Shown here in pieces: positions 37,973 to 50,208 of a DNA stretch of 64,000 nt; positions within the stretch are counted from its first letter, which is position 1; every line of letters starts with the position of its first letter. The position numbers and the translations under genes were made by a program. Location: contig JAUCBJ010008617.1 of the NCBI GenBank assembly GCA_032718475.1, forward strand, positions 16,932 through 80,931. The letters run 5' to 3'. This stretch comes from Nemertoderma westbladi (taxonomy: Eukaryota > Animalia > Xenacoelomorpha). The notes beneath the pieces were generated by a model, which did not search any database, was not told where the DNA came from, and saw only the letters and a list, made by a program, of their open reading frames with translations.

Positions 37973-39425
37973 TACAAACCGGTAGGAAACGATGCGTACT
38001 TCACACTACTCTACGATGCACAGAACCACAACTAAATTGGAGAAAATATATATATTATGCACATACAGTAAAGCAGGTAAATATCGAACGATAAAGCTTC
38101 AGAAAGTTACTATTGGGTGGGAGATCAAACCCCAGAAAGCTACTATTGGATAGAACTACCTGCTCTAATTGTCACGCCATACTATAATTCTTACAGACTA
38201 TATTAGTTCATATGTAGGATCGGCAATTCTAAATGTCAACCCAAGTCAACGGCACGACAGTCATTTTGCTATAATGAAATAGAGGGATTTCTATGAACTA
38301 AGGATAGACTCCCGATAATCCCGCAATACTCCCCCCCGTGCAATCAGCTACTGATTGCACACAAGTACACAATATTCAAGAAGATGCACGAAGCGGTAAT
38401 TCCTTGGCCCTTATTCTGGGTCTACATTCTGGCTTCACTGCTACGTTTATGTTCACATTTCATATTCACCACATTGATATACTAGGCTATAGTATTTCTT
38501 ACCATGTGCACACACCAGGCTATGATGGTCGCACAATGCATACGCGCTAGGCTATAGCGCTTCACCCATACGAGTGCACTAAATTTAGTGCTGTACTTTG
38601 ATACACCTCCCTGGTGTTCAAACTACTATGACACCACCCTGTAGCATCATATCTCGTATCCAACTCACGCTCAAATCCATATAACTTCCCTAAACAGCTA
38701 ATAATACTCTTCGTCCAAACATTCCCACATAACTTACCATATACTCATAACATTGCAGCCTACAATTTTATGAGCAATAATGTGTGCTTTGTACTGATGG
38801 GTCATGTTAATAATACTGTATTTGATTTGTTAATTCAAAGTCAGGTCAGTTTCCAGATGAATAAAATTTTCGCAATATGTGTATGAGTATGATGTTGATA
38901 ACAAATCAACTAGCAATAATTGTATTATACGGTATCCCTGCAGTGGATAACGTATAAATTATATTAAGTTGAATTATTACCTAAATTTTGCTAATAATCA
39001 ATCTTGACACTATGAAAATATGTAAACTATAAACCGAAAATTTCCAAATTTCACCAAATGTCCCTTCGAGACATTTACGTCTACTACTCCAACTCACTTT
39101 TATTCTATAATCCGTAGAACTTTTCTATGCTATAGTCTGCGCAGCTACGCAAATGCCTTTGCATGTTGCATCTGCATAGTTACTTAAATATATACGTAAT
39201 ACATTAATATATTGGACCTCGCCTACTAAGTATACTGTACTTGGGCATGCTATATAAATTATATGATTGCTGTTACCATTACAACTATCGCCACTATTTT
39301 GGCAGGGTTAGTTTGGTTGCGAGATTGTATATTGTCTGCAAAAGACAACAATGTCCTTTACCATTTACTACTATTATCACCTTTTAGAAGCAATTATTTT
39401 CCGTGCTCTCTGGACTGAATCAATG

Positions 39426-40696
39426 TTACTCAACTGCCTCTAGTAGACAGCATTTGCTTGCCCCACGCCGATACACTTTCCCATCGGCATACTTCACTTC
39501 ATCTACTATAGTAGATGAGCCTGAAATAATTAGGCCTGTTCTCGAAGCCACCCTTTCGGTGATAGAGACACCTGTTCTCCCAGAACCTACCTCTAAATTC
39601 CCTTTACACAGCACGAAACTACCTGTGCCCAGTAGGACTGTTCCCGAGTCCGAACCCATCCTGGACGCCGAGCGAGATATCAAGAATTTATCGCCCGTCG
39701 TCTCTCGCTTGCCCACTACTACGTTGGCGACTCCCGCTTCGGTGGTCGAGTGGGTAGCTGAGGGACGACGGGAGATGGGTCTCTGTGCACCTTTGTCCAC
39801 TTCTTTCTCATTCGGAGAGTAGGTAGATACTCTCCCATCCACCTATCCCAATACTCTTTGCTGACCTGCTGCACAACCTTCCAAGAGTTGCGTAAGTCCC
39901 CTCGACTACCTATCCACTCCCCCCGATTCCATACCCTTACTGGCTTTTGAGCCAGAAAATGATTTGGTGTAAGGACTTCCAAAGAGGATGGATCATCTCT
40001 CACCGCCCACAATGGTGTGGAATTCATGATGGATTCCACCTCTGCGAAGACTGTTCGCAAACTATCTTCCGATAGATTGTGGTTGTGGGTTAATGCCTCT
40101 ATATGTTTTTTTGCGCTTCCCACAAGCCGTTCCCACACCCCTGACATATGCAGAGAATATGGTGTGTGAAACGTCCACTCTAACCCTCTAACCCGTGGCC
40201 TAACTGAGTTCACGACACTTGTAGAACGGAAAGCCTGTTGTGCATTTTTTAGTTCCCCTTCCGCTCCTACAAAGTTCCCACCATTGTCAGATGAAATCTT
40301 CTTCATTTCACCATGTCTTGAAATGAATCGACGGAGTGCATTTATAAATGATGCCGCAGTTGCATCTGCCGCCAATTCCACTGCTACCGCTCTTGTTGCT
40401 TGGCATACAAATATTAGCCCATACCTCTTTTCTAGATTACGAACAGTTCTCCGTGTTCGTCTGCTAAAGACTTCGATTGGACCGAACATATCTACCCCTG
40501 TATGAGTGAATGGTGGAAAATATGGTGTGATACGATCCACAGGCAGAGGGGCCATTTGTTGTTCTACTCTTCGCTTTTGGATCCTGCGGCACATCATGCA
40601 TTTCCCGACCATTCCTTTCACTGTCTTCCTCAATCCTGGTGCTATGAATTTTTTTCTTATTTCTATTAATGTGGCATCAATGCCACCATGCACCTT
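39426..40696 (-). pseudogene. BEL/Pao integrase (HHCC end, DDE core, frameshifted C-terminal domain)
   Basis: PPFTHTGVDMFGP, FVCQATRAV, SDNGGNFVGA, GVWERLV, LTPNHFL, EYLPTL. Confidence 0.92.
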
Positions 40697-41183
40697 ATTA
40701 TTTATTTTTATTTATTTATTTATTTCCTCCAAAATATAAAATAAAAATAACGCACAATACCCTACAAAATTGATTGCTGGGTTGATTGGTGTGAGCTTCC
40801 GCTATAGCATAGCTAGTGTAGTTTTAGCTCACCCCTGCATCTGGAGAGTTCTAGAATGTTTAAAGTAAATTTAATTATACAGATAGGTGGGTGCGGTGCG
40901 GTTGACTGCTGTCGGAATTTTATAAATATTTGTTTTTTCCTGCATGTAAAAAAATAAATTTGTGGTATGTACAAGATTGCATAGCAAACTGATGATAACC
41001 ACTAGGGGAGAATGTATATGTAAAGAAAAAAAGTATGAAACTATATATATGACGCAAAATCTGTAAAGGAAAATATATTTATATAACGCAAGTTGTTGAT
41101 AACCTATTGGGGAGAATGTATATGAAAAAAAAAATAAAAATAATAAAATATATATGTATGCTATTGAAATTGAAATGGTTTAA

Positions 41184-44100
41184 TCATATCTGCAGTAAGT
41201 GGTATTTTAATTTTTTCTTAAATATCGCCAAGTTTCGACTGTCCCTAATAAGTTGTGATAATGAGTTCCACAAAAGTGGCCCTTGCATAGATAATGAAAG
41301 ATGGCGAACATCCAAACGAGCCGGAGGTAAATGATACAGGCCAGAGGAAGCAGAGCGAGTATTATATGAGTGAACCGAAGAGGCTTTAGTAAAGAGGTAA
41401 GCTAGAGGGTGAGATGAATTATTATGGACTTCAAACATGAGTATTAGCACCTGGTATTTATAGAGGAGATCTAGAGGCAGGATACGTAATTGTTGGTAGA
41501 TGGGATAGGATGAGGATTGAGAATGATTAAATGTGATACAACGCAATATTTTATTGATTTTTATTTTCAAAGGATCTGTGTTGGACTTGTAAGTGCCGCC
41601 CCAAACAATCAAGCCATAGAAAATGTAAGGATAAATTAATGTATTAAAAAGCATGCGGAGTAACTCTCTAGAAAGTATATGTCGAAGTTTATAGAACAGT
41701 CCACCTGTTTTAGAAATTTTTTTAAGTATGTATTTAATGTGCACCTTAAATGTGAGTTTATCATCTATAATTATGCCTAAGTATTTTGCAGCGGACGTGT
41801 ATCTGATGGGTTTGTTGTTGATATTAATTGTTGTGCTTGGTAAGTTGAAATTTTGCGAAAATGTAAATATGGAGTATTCTGTTTTATCGGTGTTTAAGGT
41901 TAATTTATTATCTATCAGCCAATCATTAATTAAATTACTTTCGGTATTTATAGTATTAGTTAATCTGGTTATGTTACTATCGTAGAGCATGAGAGATGTA
42001 TCGTCTGCAAACAGAGTGGCAATGAGAGAGGTTGCATTTGGGAGATCATTTATATAAAGTAAAAAAAGAATTGGGCCTAGTACCGAACCTTGTGGGATAC
42101 CACAGGTGATTGAATTAACTAAAGATGACGTAACACCTAATGAAACAAACTGTTTACGATTGGATAAGTAATCTGAGAAAATCGACAGAGGGGTTCCGCA
42201 TATACCATATGACTGAAGTTTCTTTATAAGGATGGAGTGGTCAAGATTATCAAATGCCTTACAGAGGTCTATATATACTAAACAAGAGGATTGATGATTA
42301 TCGAGAGCATTTCGAATTGACTCCACTATATTTATTACTGCATATGATGTGGTGAATTTTTTCCGGAAGCCGAATTGATTACGCGAAATTACATTGAATT
42401 TATTAAGGTATGCTATAAGCTGGTTGTATAAAACTGTTTCGAAAATTTTAGGGAAAACAGGGAGGAGGGAGATTGGACGGTAGTTTGTAGGAAGAAATGG
42501 GTTACCACCCTTATAAGCTGGAATGACCTTTGCTAACTTAAGACAATCAGGAAAATGCCCTAGTCGTAAACTGAGATTAATCAAGCTACATAAATGAGTA
42601 GATATAAATGGGGCCGCAAGCTTTACTAAAGAAATCGGAAAATCGTCATTGGAGGCGCACTTCTCATCTAATTGTAAAATGATGTAATGAATTTCAGCGG
42701 GAGATGTTTCTGAAAGTCCGAAGGAATTGGATTTGGGATGTCTTACATGGCGAGTAGGACAACGAGAACTTGAAGCAAATTGTGAAGCAAGTTGAGGACC
42801 AATGTTGGAAAAGAAATTGTTAAAGGCGTTGGCTATATCAGCTGGATTGGAGAGAGAAATAATTTTCCCATCTTTTTCCACGTTTAATCTCTTTGGTGTT
42901 GATGTTTTTGCAGAACGGTGTAATAAAGAGTTTAATGTTTTCCAAGTCTTACGTATATTATTCGAATTTTTATTGAATTCGGAGTTGAAGTATTGTTTTT
43001 CAGCTGCTCTAGGTAGTGTGGTTAATTTATTTCTGTATAATTTATAACGATTATGATTTTCAGTTGTGGGTGATTTAGAATGTATTGCGTATAATAAGTT
43101 TTTCTTTTTTATTCCTAAAATTAGCGATTTTGTGAGCCAAGGTTTCTTTGGAACATCTCGTTTTTGTACAACCACGGAGGGAAGGTTATCCTTGCAAATA
43201 TTTGTGAAGTCATCATAAAAACTTTCTAGTTTAAGTTTGTCAGGGGTGTTATTAGCTGAATATCAAAAGGAAAAGTTTCGTACATCATTAGTAAACCTAT
43301 CTTTATTAAATTGTGAGTAATCGTAAGTGCGCTTTGTATCAGGAGGAAGAAAAAACATAGAATAATCAGTTAAAACCATGAAAGTAGGAAGGTGGTCGGT
43401 AGTACCAGTTTCTGTTAAAAATACACCAGGTGAGCAAATAGATGAGTGTATATTACAAAGGATGTGGTCTATAGTAGATCTAGAATAGGGAGTGATACGA
43501 GTATGTTGGTTTATAGTTTGAGTGAAGCCGTTAGAAGATATTGTATTAATATATTCACTAGTACGAGGCTTATTTGGTTTAGAAACATCAATATTATAAT
43601 CACCGGTTATAACAAGGTCGTAATTTGTTGAGGCCAATTTGGAAAGTGTATCATTAAAACCTTTATTAAAACTATCAAATTCTATTTCGTCTGAGCGATA
43701 AATACATCCAATTATTAAGGGCTTATTAGGGTGAGGCCTCGCCACTTCTATCCAGCAATTTTCAGGGCCGTTGAAATGAAGGTCGGGTCGTATTGATGTT
43801 TCTAAATCGGAGCGCGCATAAATAGCCGTGCCTCCTCTGGCTAGTCTCTTACCCCATTTTCGAAAATCACAGTAAGGTTCCTTAAAACCACGAACGGCAA
43901 CTTCATTTAATACACTATCTTTAGTTAAAAACGTTTCAGAAAAAGTCAGAATGTCGAAATTGGCATTCATAGATTCCAAAAAATTTGTTATTGCACATAT
44001 ATTTGCGTTTAAGCTCCTGCAATTTAAATGCATTAATGAAAAATTCGATCTGCTGTCATTTCCGTAAAATTGGTTATCAAATATTGTTTCATTAAAGTAA

Positions 44101-44474
44101 TCCCCTAGAATCAAATTGCAATTCAAGTTATCGTCAGGATTAATATCACTAAAGATGTTGCCAGCAGCCTGTATGTCTTCACAATTAACTTCACCCGTTT
44201 CATTAGAAAATATATCGAGATCGTCATTTTCAACACTACCAAAAGGAAATAGATAATGATAACAAAAATTGCACCAGTGTGATAAAATGGTAGTGTCTGA
44301 AAAAACGATAGTCTCAAAGAATGAACCACATTGTCGGTGATATTTCTGTTTACAAAGATTGCAGTTGATAATTAAATCTGAATTTTGAAAAGTTGAAAAA
44401 CAAAGGCCGCATCCAATGCCAACAGCCGTCGTCGCACTACCACTAGAATTAGTGTCTGACGCAATTTGTTGCAT
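41184..44474 (-). pseudogene. LINE ORF2: PHD finger, APE endonuclease and reverse transcriptase, with one frameshift near 43260
   Basis: ORF 43263-44474 (CGLC..CNLCKQKYHRQC..WCNFC, HLNCRSL, FSETFL, GDYN, TDH) and ORF 41184-43175 (NYRPISLL, DLCKAFD, GIPQGSVLGP, FADD). Confidence 0.92.
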
Positions 44475-44714
44475 TAGACAATGTGTTATGTTGCAATATT
44501 TATCTTAAGTGGCCGCTAAAATTCAAATTACATTCCCCAGCAACCAATGTGGTATATACCGGTATCTACCTATAATATATTATAGTATATATCCGGTATA
44601 ACACATGTCATATATGATACACTAAACGTGGACCAGAATTAAATGTTTTACACGTAATACGCATTATATACACAAATTACATATTGATGTCCTAAATAAG
44701 GTTCTAATTTATAT

Positions 44715-45447
44715 ATATAGCCCAAACCACCGGTATAAAAAGTATTTAGTATAATATATCGTGCCCTGAATATATATAAAAAATAGAAATACATAGTTTA
44801 AACTTCTATTATATAAAGCCCATACTAACGGTATAACACGTAATAGTACAACATATTGTACCGTGATAGTATAATATATCGTACCCTGAATATATATATA
44901 TAAAATAGAAATACATAGTTTAAACTTCTATTATATAAAGCCCATACTAACGGTATAACACGTAATAGTACAACATATTGTACTGTGATAGTATAATATA
45001 TCGTACCCTGAATATATATATATAAAATAGAAATACATAGGTTAAACTTCTATTATATAAAGCCCATACTAACGGTATAACACGTAATAGTACAACATAT
45101 TGTACCGTGATAGTATAATATATCGTACCCTGAATATATATATATAAAATAGAAATACATAGTTTAAACTTCTATTATATAAAGCCCATACTAACGGTAT
45201 AACACGTAATCGTACAACATATTGTACCGTGATAGTATAATATATCGTACCCTGAATATATATATATAAAATAGAAATACATAGGTCTGTAGGTTAAACT
45301 TATATTATAGCCCATACTAACGGTATAACACCTATTAGTTTAATATATCGTACCCTGAATATATATATATATAAAATAGAAATACATAGGTTAAACTTAT
45401 ATTATAGCCCATACTAACGGTATAACACCTATTAGTTTAATATATCA
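44715..45447. repeat. 122-bp tandem minisatellite (about 4 full units plus about 3 shorter units) between LINE ORF1 and ORF2
   Basis: agcccatactaacggtataacac recurs at about 44817, 44939, 45061, 45183, 45309 and 45406. Confidence 0.95.
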
Positions 45448-45875
45448 CCGATATACTGATATAGGCCCTAGTACATAATGGTACCGGTACAGTATTGGCA
45501 TTATATATCGCAGCCCTTCTAGCCTATATTAAGAGAAGGTAAAGAAATAAAAAGAAATCAAAAAAAGAAATAAAAATAAATCAAGACTTAGCCAATAATA
45601 GAAAAATAAACCAAAATGCAACTTCAAATTTTCCGGACTAACAGCATATTCACTTGTTACTGTTATATAGGCTCTAATAGTAATGAGTAAGACTACAATA
45701 GAAAAATAAATGGACTGACCGACATGCAGATTTATACCAGTATGTAGAGATTTTAATGTTTGGGGAAAGCATCAACGTCGAAATACAGCTCGGAACATTC
45801 ATTATAGCAGTATGTTAGCTAAACCCAAGAAATTGGTGGGTCATACCAATTTAACAAAAAAACCAGTAAGATAAA

Positions 45876-46625
45876 TTACCTGTTCCTGTTCCCTTCATTG
45901 ACCATATGGGATGGACTGACTTGGAGGGCATGAATAGCCACAACATCAGAATCCGAACATATCTTCTTTGGTATCGATTTCTCCGCGGTGCAAACAAATA
46001 CAGATCCATTGCGTGTGAAGTAAGAGAATATTAACTTAGCCCGATGTAATTCGCGCACGCGGGTAATTAATTTCGAGCCCGTGGGGGTAAGATGTTCCAT
46101 AATCGATAAAGGATGCTTCAACTTTTTCTTATTAACCAAGGCAGTTCTACGAGCGCTGTGGCCATAGAACCGAATAATTAATAGACGAGGTTTTGGTGGC
46201 TCGCTTGTTAAAGAAGACGAATGTGTGGCCGAGGGACCAGTTGGCTTCGATGTTTTACCTAACCTGTGGTACAAATCAACGTCACTAATCGAGAGGTTTA
46301 GAGGGGATAGCACTTCTGAGATAAGCTGATGATGCTCTTCGTCGGGGCTGACCACCTCTGGAAGGTGATGAACAAGTATGTTGTGGCGTCGTTGATAAGA
46401 GGTAAGCTCTTCATTATCGTGATGGAGTTCTGCCTGTTGTCTCTGTATTGTTGTATTGGTCTCGGTAATTACTCGATTGTTGGTTTCGAGATTATCCAAT
46501 CTCGAACAAACTGCAACGATTTCAGATCGTGATTCGCGAACGTCTTTTATTATGTCAGACTGGCCCTGTTGTAGATCGTCAAGACGGGCGAGGATTTCCT
46601 CGCCCACATCTTTCCACATAGGCAT
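45876..46625 (-). CDS. LINE ORF1 (coiled coil plus L1-type RRM/CTD RNA-binding protein)
   Basis: Heptad-rich N-terminus, YQRRHNILVHHLPE, YHRLGK, PRLLIIRF, IMEHLT, TRNGSVFV; open for 249 aa. Confidence 0.85.
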   Translation of the reverse strand: MPMWKDVGEEILARLDDLQQGQSDIIKDVRESRSEIVAVCSRLDNLETNNRVITETNTTIQRQQAELHHDNEELTSYQRRHNILVHHLPEVVSPDEEHHQLISEVLSPLNLSISDVDLYHRLGKTSKPTGPSATHSSSLTSEPPKPRLLIIRFYGHSARRTALVNKKKLKHPLSIMEHLTPTGSKLITRVRELHRAKLIFSYFTRNGSVFVCTAEKSIPKKICSDSDVVAIHALQVSPSHMVNEGNRNR

Positions 46626-47052
46626 AACTAGGCCTTTCTGCCTTTTCCACCCTGGCCCCTGGCAGATTCAGCCTACAGAAGTCGAGAAGAGTAGGTCAGT
46701 CACTGATTGTAAGTTGATTGGCAGACTACAATTTGAAAATTCCCAGTTCCGGAGGTCCCACGAATTACTGGTATCAGGCGAGTACAGAGTACTTGTTTAA
46801 AGTCAGCGTTCAGGATTTTAGTGATAGCTGGATACAGGGATAAGAGGTAGATCAGTAGATGGAGCTGTAGACAGGTAGAGTGGTTTATGGCTCAGGCAGT
46901 GGGCAGGATCATGGCAATATGGATGCGTATCTCAATAATTAAAGAGTTCAAAATGGGGCCATTAGGCCTAATTCAGTACCGGTATTTGCAACACAACAGC
47001 AGACAATCAGAGCACACACATACTGCAGTACTGCTGACAGTAAAGCCTCAAG

Positions 47053-50000
47053 ACCTTTACATGGCAATCCCATGCTATCTGTTTTATCGTGGCTGATCCC
47101 TTTGGAAGTATTATGGGCTGTTTTGGAACTACATAACTATTAACATTTGCCAAACGTGAAGCACCTGCCACGATAAGCCCATTTTCCAAAGTTGGAGTGA
47201 GTTTGCGTAGCTTACTGTTTTGCTGTACCTCTCGCCCATTATGAAGCCGATCCCATTCCAATGGGAAGCCTCGTTTCTGAACATAAGCTATGATTCTTTC
47301 CTCTGCACATCGTATATCAATGCTTGGCCTTATCACTTTTTTATTACTTAGCCAGTGCACCAATGCTATTGTATATGCAACCCGTTTACAAGTTTTATAC
47401 CAGGACGACCCATAATCTACACGTTTATCTGATATGGAGTCCTCCACTGCCATAGTCGTTAACACACACACCTTCATCTCCTCATCATTCCCCTGAACGT
47501 CGGGAAATTTTGGCCATTCCTCTTCTCTCTTGAGGAACTCAGGGCCATGCTGCCACAAGTCTTCTTTGCGTGCAAATGGAACATCGAGACTGCCTCTAGA
47601 TACAAGATCAGCTGGATTTATTAGAGTTGGACAGTAGTGCCACTTGCTCAACTCTGTAGTAGCCCTAATCTCATCGACACGATTGGCAACGAATACTTTA
47701 AAACGCCGTGGCTCACTGCATATATATCGCAATACTGTAGTTGAATCTGTCCAGTAGTGTTTATCTCTGATACATTTTAATGCCCTTTCAACGTGTTTGG
47801 CTACTCGAACTGCTAACACTGCAGCCATCAGTTCCAATCGAGGAATGGTGACAGACTTAAGTGGTGCTACCCGTGCTTTACTTAACACTAGTTGTGGCAT
47901 ACAGTGTGTGTTTCTTTGACTCACATACACTGCCACTCCATATCCCTTCTTGGATGCATCATCAAATGTATGCATTTCTATATCAGACATATCGCTATCT
48001 GGGAAGTATGTTCTTGGGATACTCAGTTTTGGTAACTGCCACAAGATTTGCATCCAAGCTTCCCATTTGTCTGCTATCTTACGATCTAATTGCTCATCCC
48101 AGCGACACTTTGCCTCATATGCCTCTCGAAGGATGTGTCTCCCTATTATCACATTAGGAGCCACCAAGCCTATTGGATCATAAATACGGGCTATGAAAGA
48201 TAGATATGCCTTTTTGGTATGTGTGCACTGTTCTTGAGGTTGCAGCACGTATTCTAACATATCCCTGTTACGATCCCAAACAATTGCTAACACTCTTGAC
48301 TCTGGTTCCTCTCTCGACAGATCCATCAATACCTTATCTGTATCTGATGACTCATTCCTAGATTCCAGTTTACAGTTCTGGTTTTCCATAAATTCTGAAT
48401 CTGAGGTCTGTTGAAGCTTACTGTCATGCACTATTGTTTGTTCTTTGGCATTACAGTCCTGATCCATTATCTCTTCTCCGACCTTGGCCATCTTCTCCAT
48501 GAAGTAAGATGAATTTGATTTAAATTTTGTGAGCCGAAACGTTGCCACTGTACATAGATCTAATGGTGCATTCTGTGTTGGAATAGTCAGCCTGTTCTTA
48601 ATAATCATGTCCAACATGGTCACCCCAGAACCATTGTCCAGTAATGCTAATGTAGTCACGTAATTGTCTATGTGATCAACTACTGCAATGGGTACTACCT
48701 TCAGGTATATATTAGTCTGTCGCCTGATCCCTGGTAGAATTGAATTCATTGCCATCTTTTCCACCAGATCACTCCCCTTGTTCGACCTTCTTGCACCAAT
48801 TAATTTAGTCCCTTGGTCAATATTATTCATGGTGGCTCTGTCTGAACTTTTAAAACCTGAAGTGAACGGACATTCCCATCCCATGTGACCTGCCCGTGCA
48901 CAAGTTATACAAACATTGTGTTTGTGTGCATATTTCCATTTTATGTCCTTATCTAAGCTAAGCCACCGTGCACATGTTATAGTTCGGTGACCTTGTGTTG
49001 AACCATGGAATACACAATTATCTTCCATATTAAATGGAAATGTATCTGGGTTAATATAGAAAACATCATCCTTCCATCTTGTATGATCACCTGACAGACC
49101 AAGCTCTGTATTATGCGAACTTTTATCCCTTTCTTCTGATTTAAACCTAACCTGCCCTTCAGTCCGTCCAGGATACTTGCTAATACCCACTGATCGACGA
49201 TTTCTGCCACCTACAATAAGATTGCTGTTATTACTCTGAAACTCTGGTCTATCAATCTGACCTGTCAATGGCTGAAGTTCTTCACTAATTGCAGCATTAA
49301 TTGCTCCTCGTGGTAATGGTCGATTATAATTTCTTCGATCAAATCTGTTATCGGGTTTGATCTTTTCTGCCATACTAGCATCCTTATCTTTACCCTTGGG
49401 TTGTGGAGCATAAATTGGATGGTTAGCCGCCTCAGCTTTGAATGCTAAGAAATCTGAAAATTCCTGGATTGTTGGTTCTCGCTGATGCTTAATAAGTATT
49501 TTCGTAACACGGTCACACCATGAATTTTTTAGCCAGTATGGTAGTGCTTCGCAAATTTTCTCCATATTTGCATAGGAGTCCAGCTGCCGCTGCTGATCCA
49601 ATGTGCTCAAAGCTAAGATAACCTTTTTGACTCTGTCAGAATATGAATGGATTTCACTTGGAGTAACTACACGTACGTTTTCTGTTAAAGATCGGATTGA
49701 ATTCCGGATGATGCGTCCCGGATTGCCATATCGTTCCTCCAATGACTTCCATGCAGCACTGAATCCACCTGGTAACCCCTGATACTGAGTGACCAGCTGT
49801 AGTGGATTGCCCCCAGTGTATGTCATTAAATATGACAATTGTTTTGTATCTGACATTCTTTTTGACAATATTTCATCCTCAAAAAATTGTTTAAATTGTA
49901 TGTATTTTTCTGGTTTGCTACCATCAAATACAAATGGTTTGATTGTTGGCAAATCCAACTTCCTTGTTAGTGCATCGGCTACATCATTCATAATGCCAAT

Positions 50001-50207
50001 TGCGCTGGCCCCACTCTCATTACTATGTAAATTAGGAGTGTACGGCGGATTAGTTCTTTGTCCTTCGCCTATTCCAGACACTAGCATTTGCCCCACCTTT
50101 GGCATATGCGGTTGATTACAATTTGAGAATATATCACCATTATACTGTGATAAGTTACTGTTTGGCTCCACACCCCTCATAGAGTTAGGATACATATTTT
50201 CCCTATA
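47053..50207 (-). pseudogene. BEL/Pao gag-pol middle segment: gag core, zinc knuckles, protease, RNase H region; RT core absent
   Basis: FDG..YIQF..LEERYGNP, CITCARAGHMGWEC, LLDNGSG, YDPIG, FDDASKKGYG, SKARVAPLK..TIPRLEL, WTDS, NPADLVSRG. No YxDD motif. Confidence 0.9.
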
Positions 50208-50208
50208 G

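Larger units (their letters stand above)
35798..38328 (-). repeat. 3' LTR of the BEL element, split by a 2-kb insertion (35952-37968)
   Basis: Both halves match 56670-57173 colinearly. Confidence 0.92.
40697..47052 (-). mobile_element. L2-group (Crack/Daphne-like) LINE, apparently full length, inserted in the BEL integrase zinc finger
   Basis: ORF1 and ORF2 present; (AAAT)n-like tail at 40697-40725; 3'UTR hairpin gtgagct..agctcac near 40790-40832; TSD acctt (40692-40696, 47053-47057). Removing it restores DCHVKVHGGIDATL. Confidence 0.92.
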
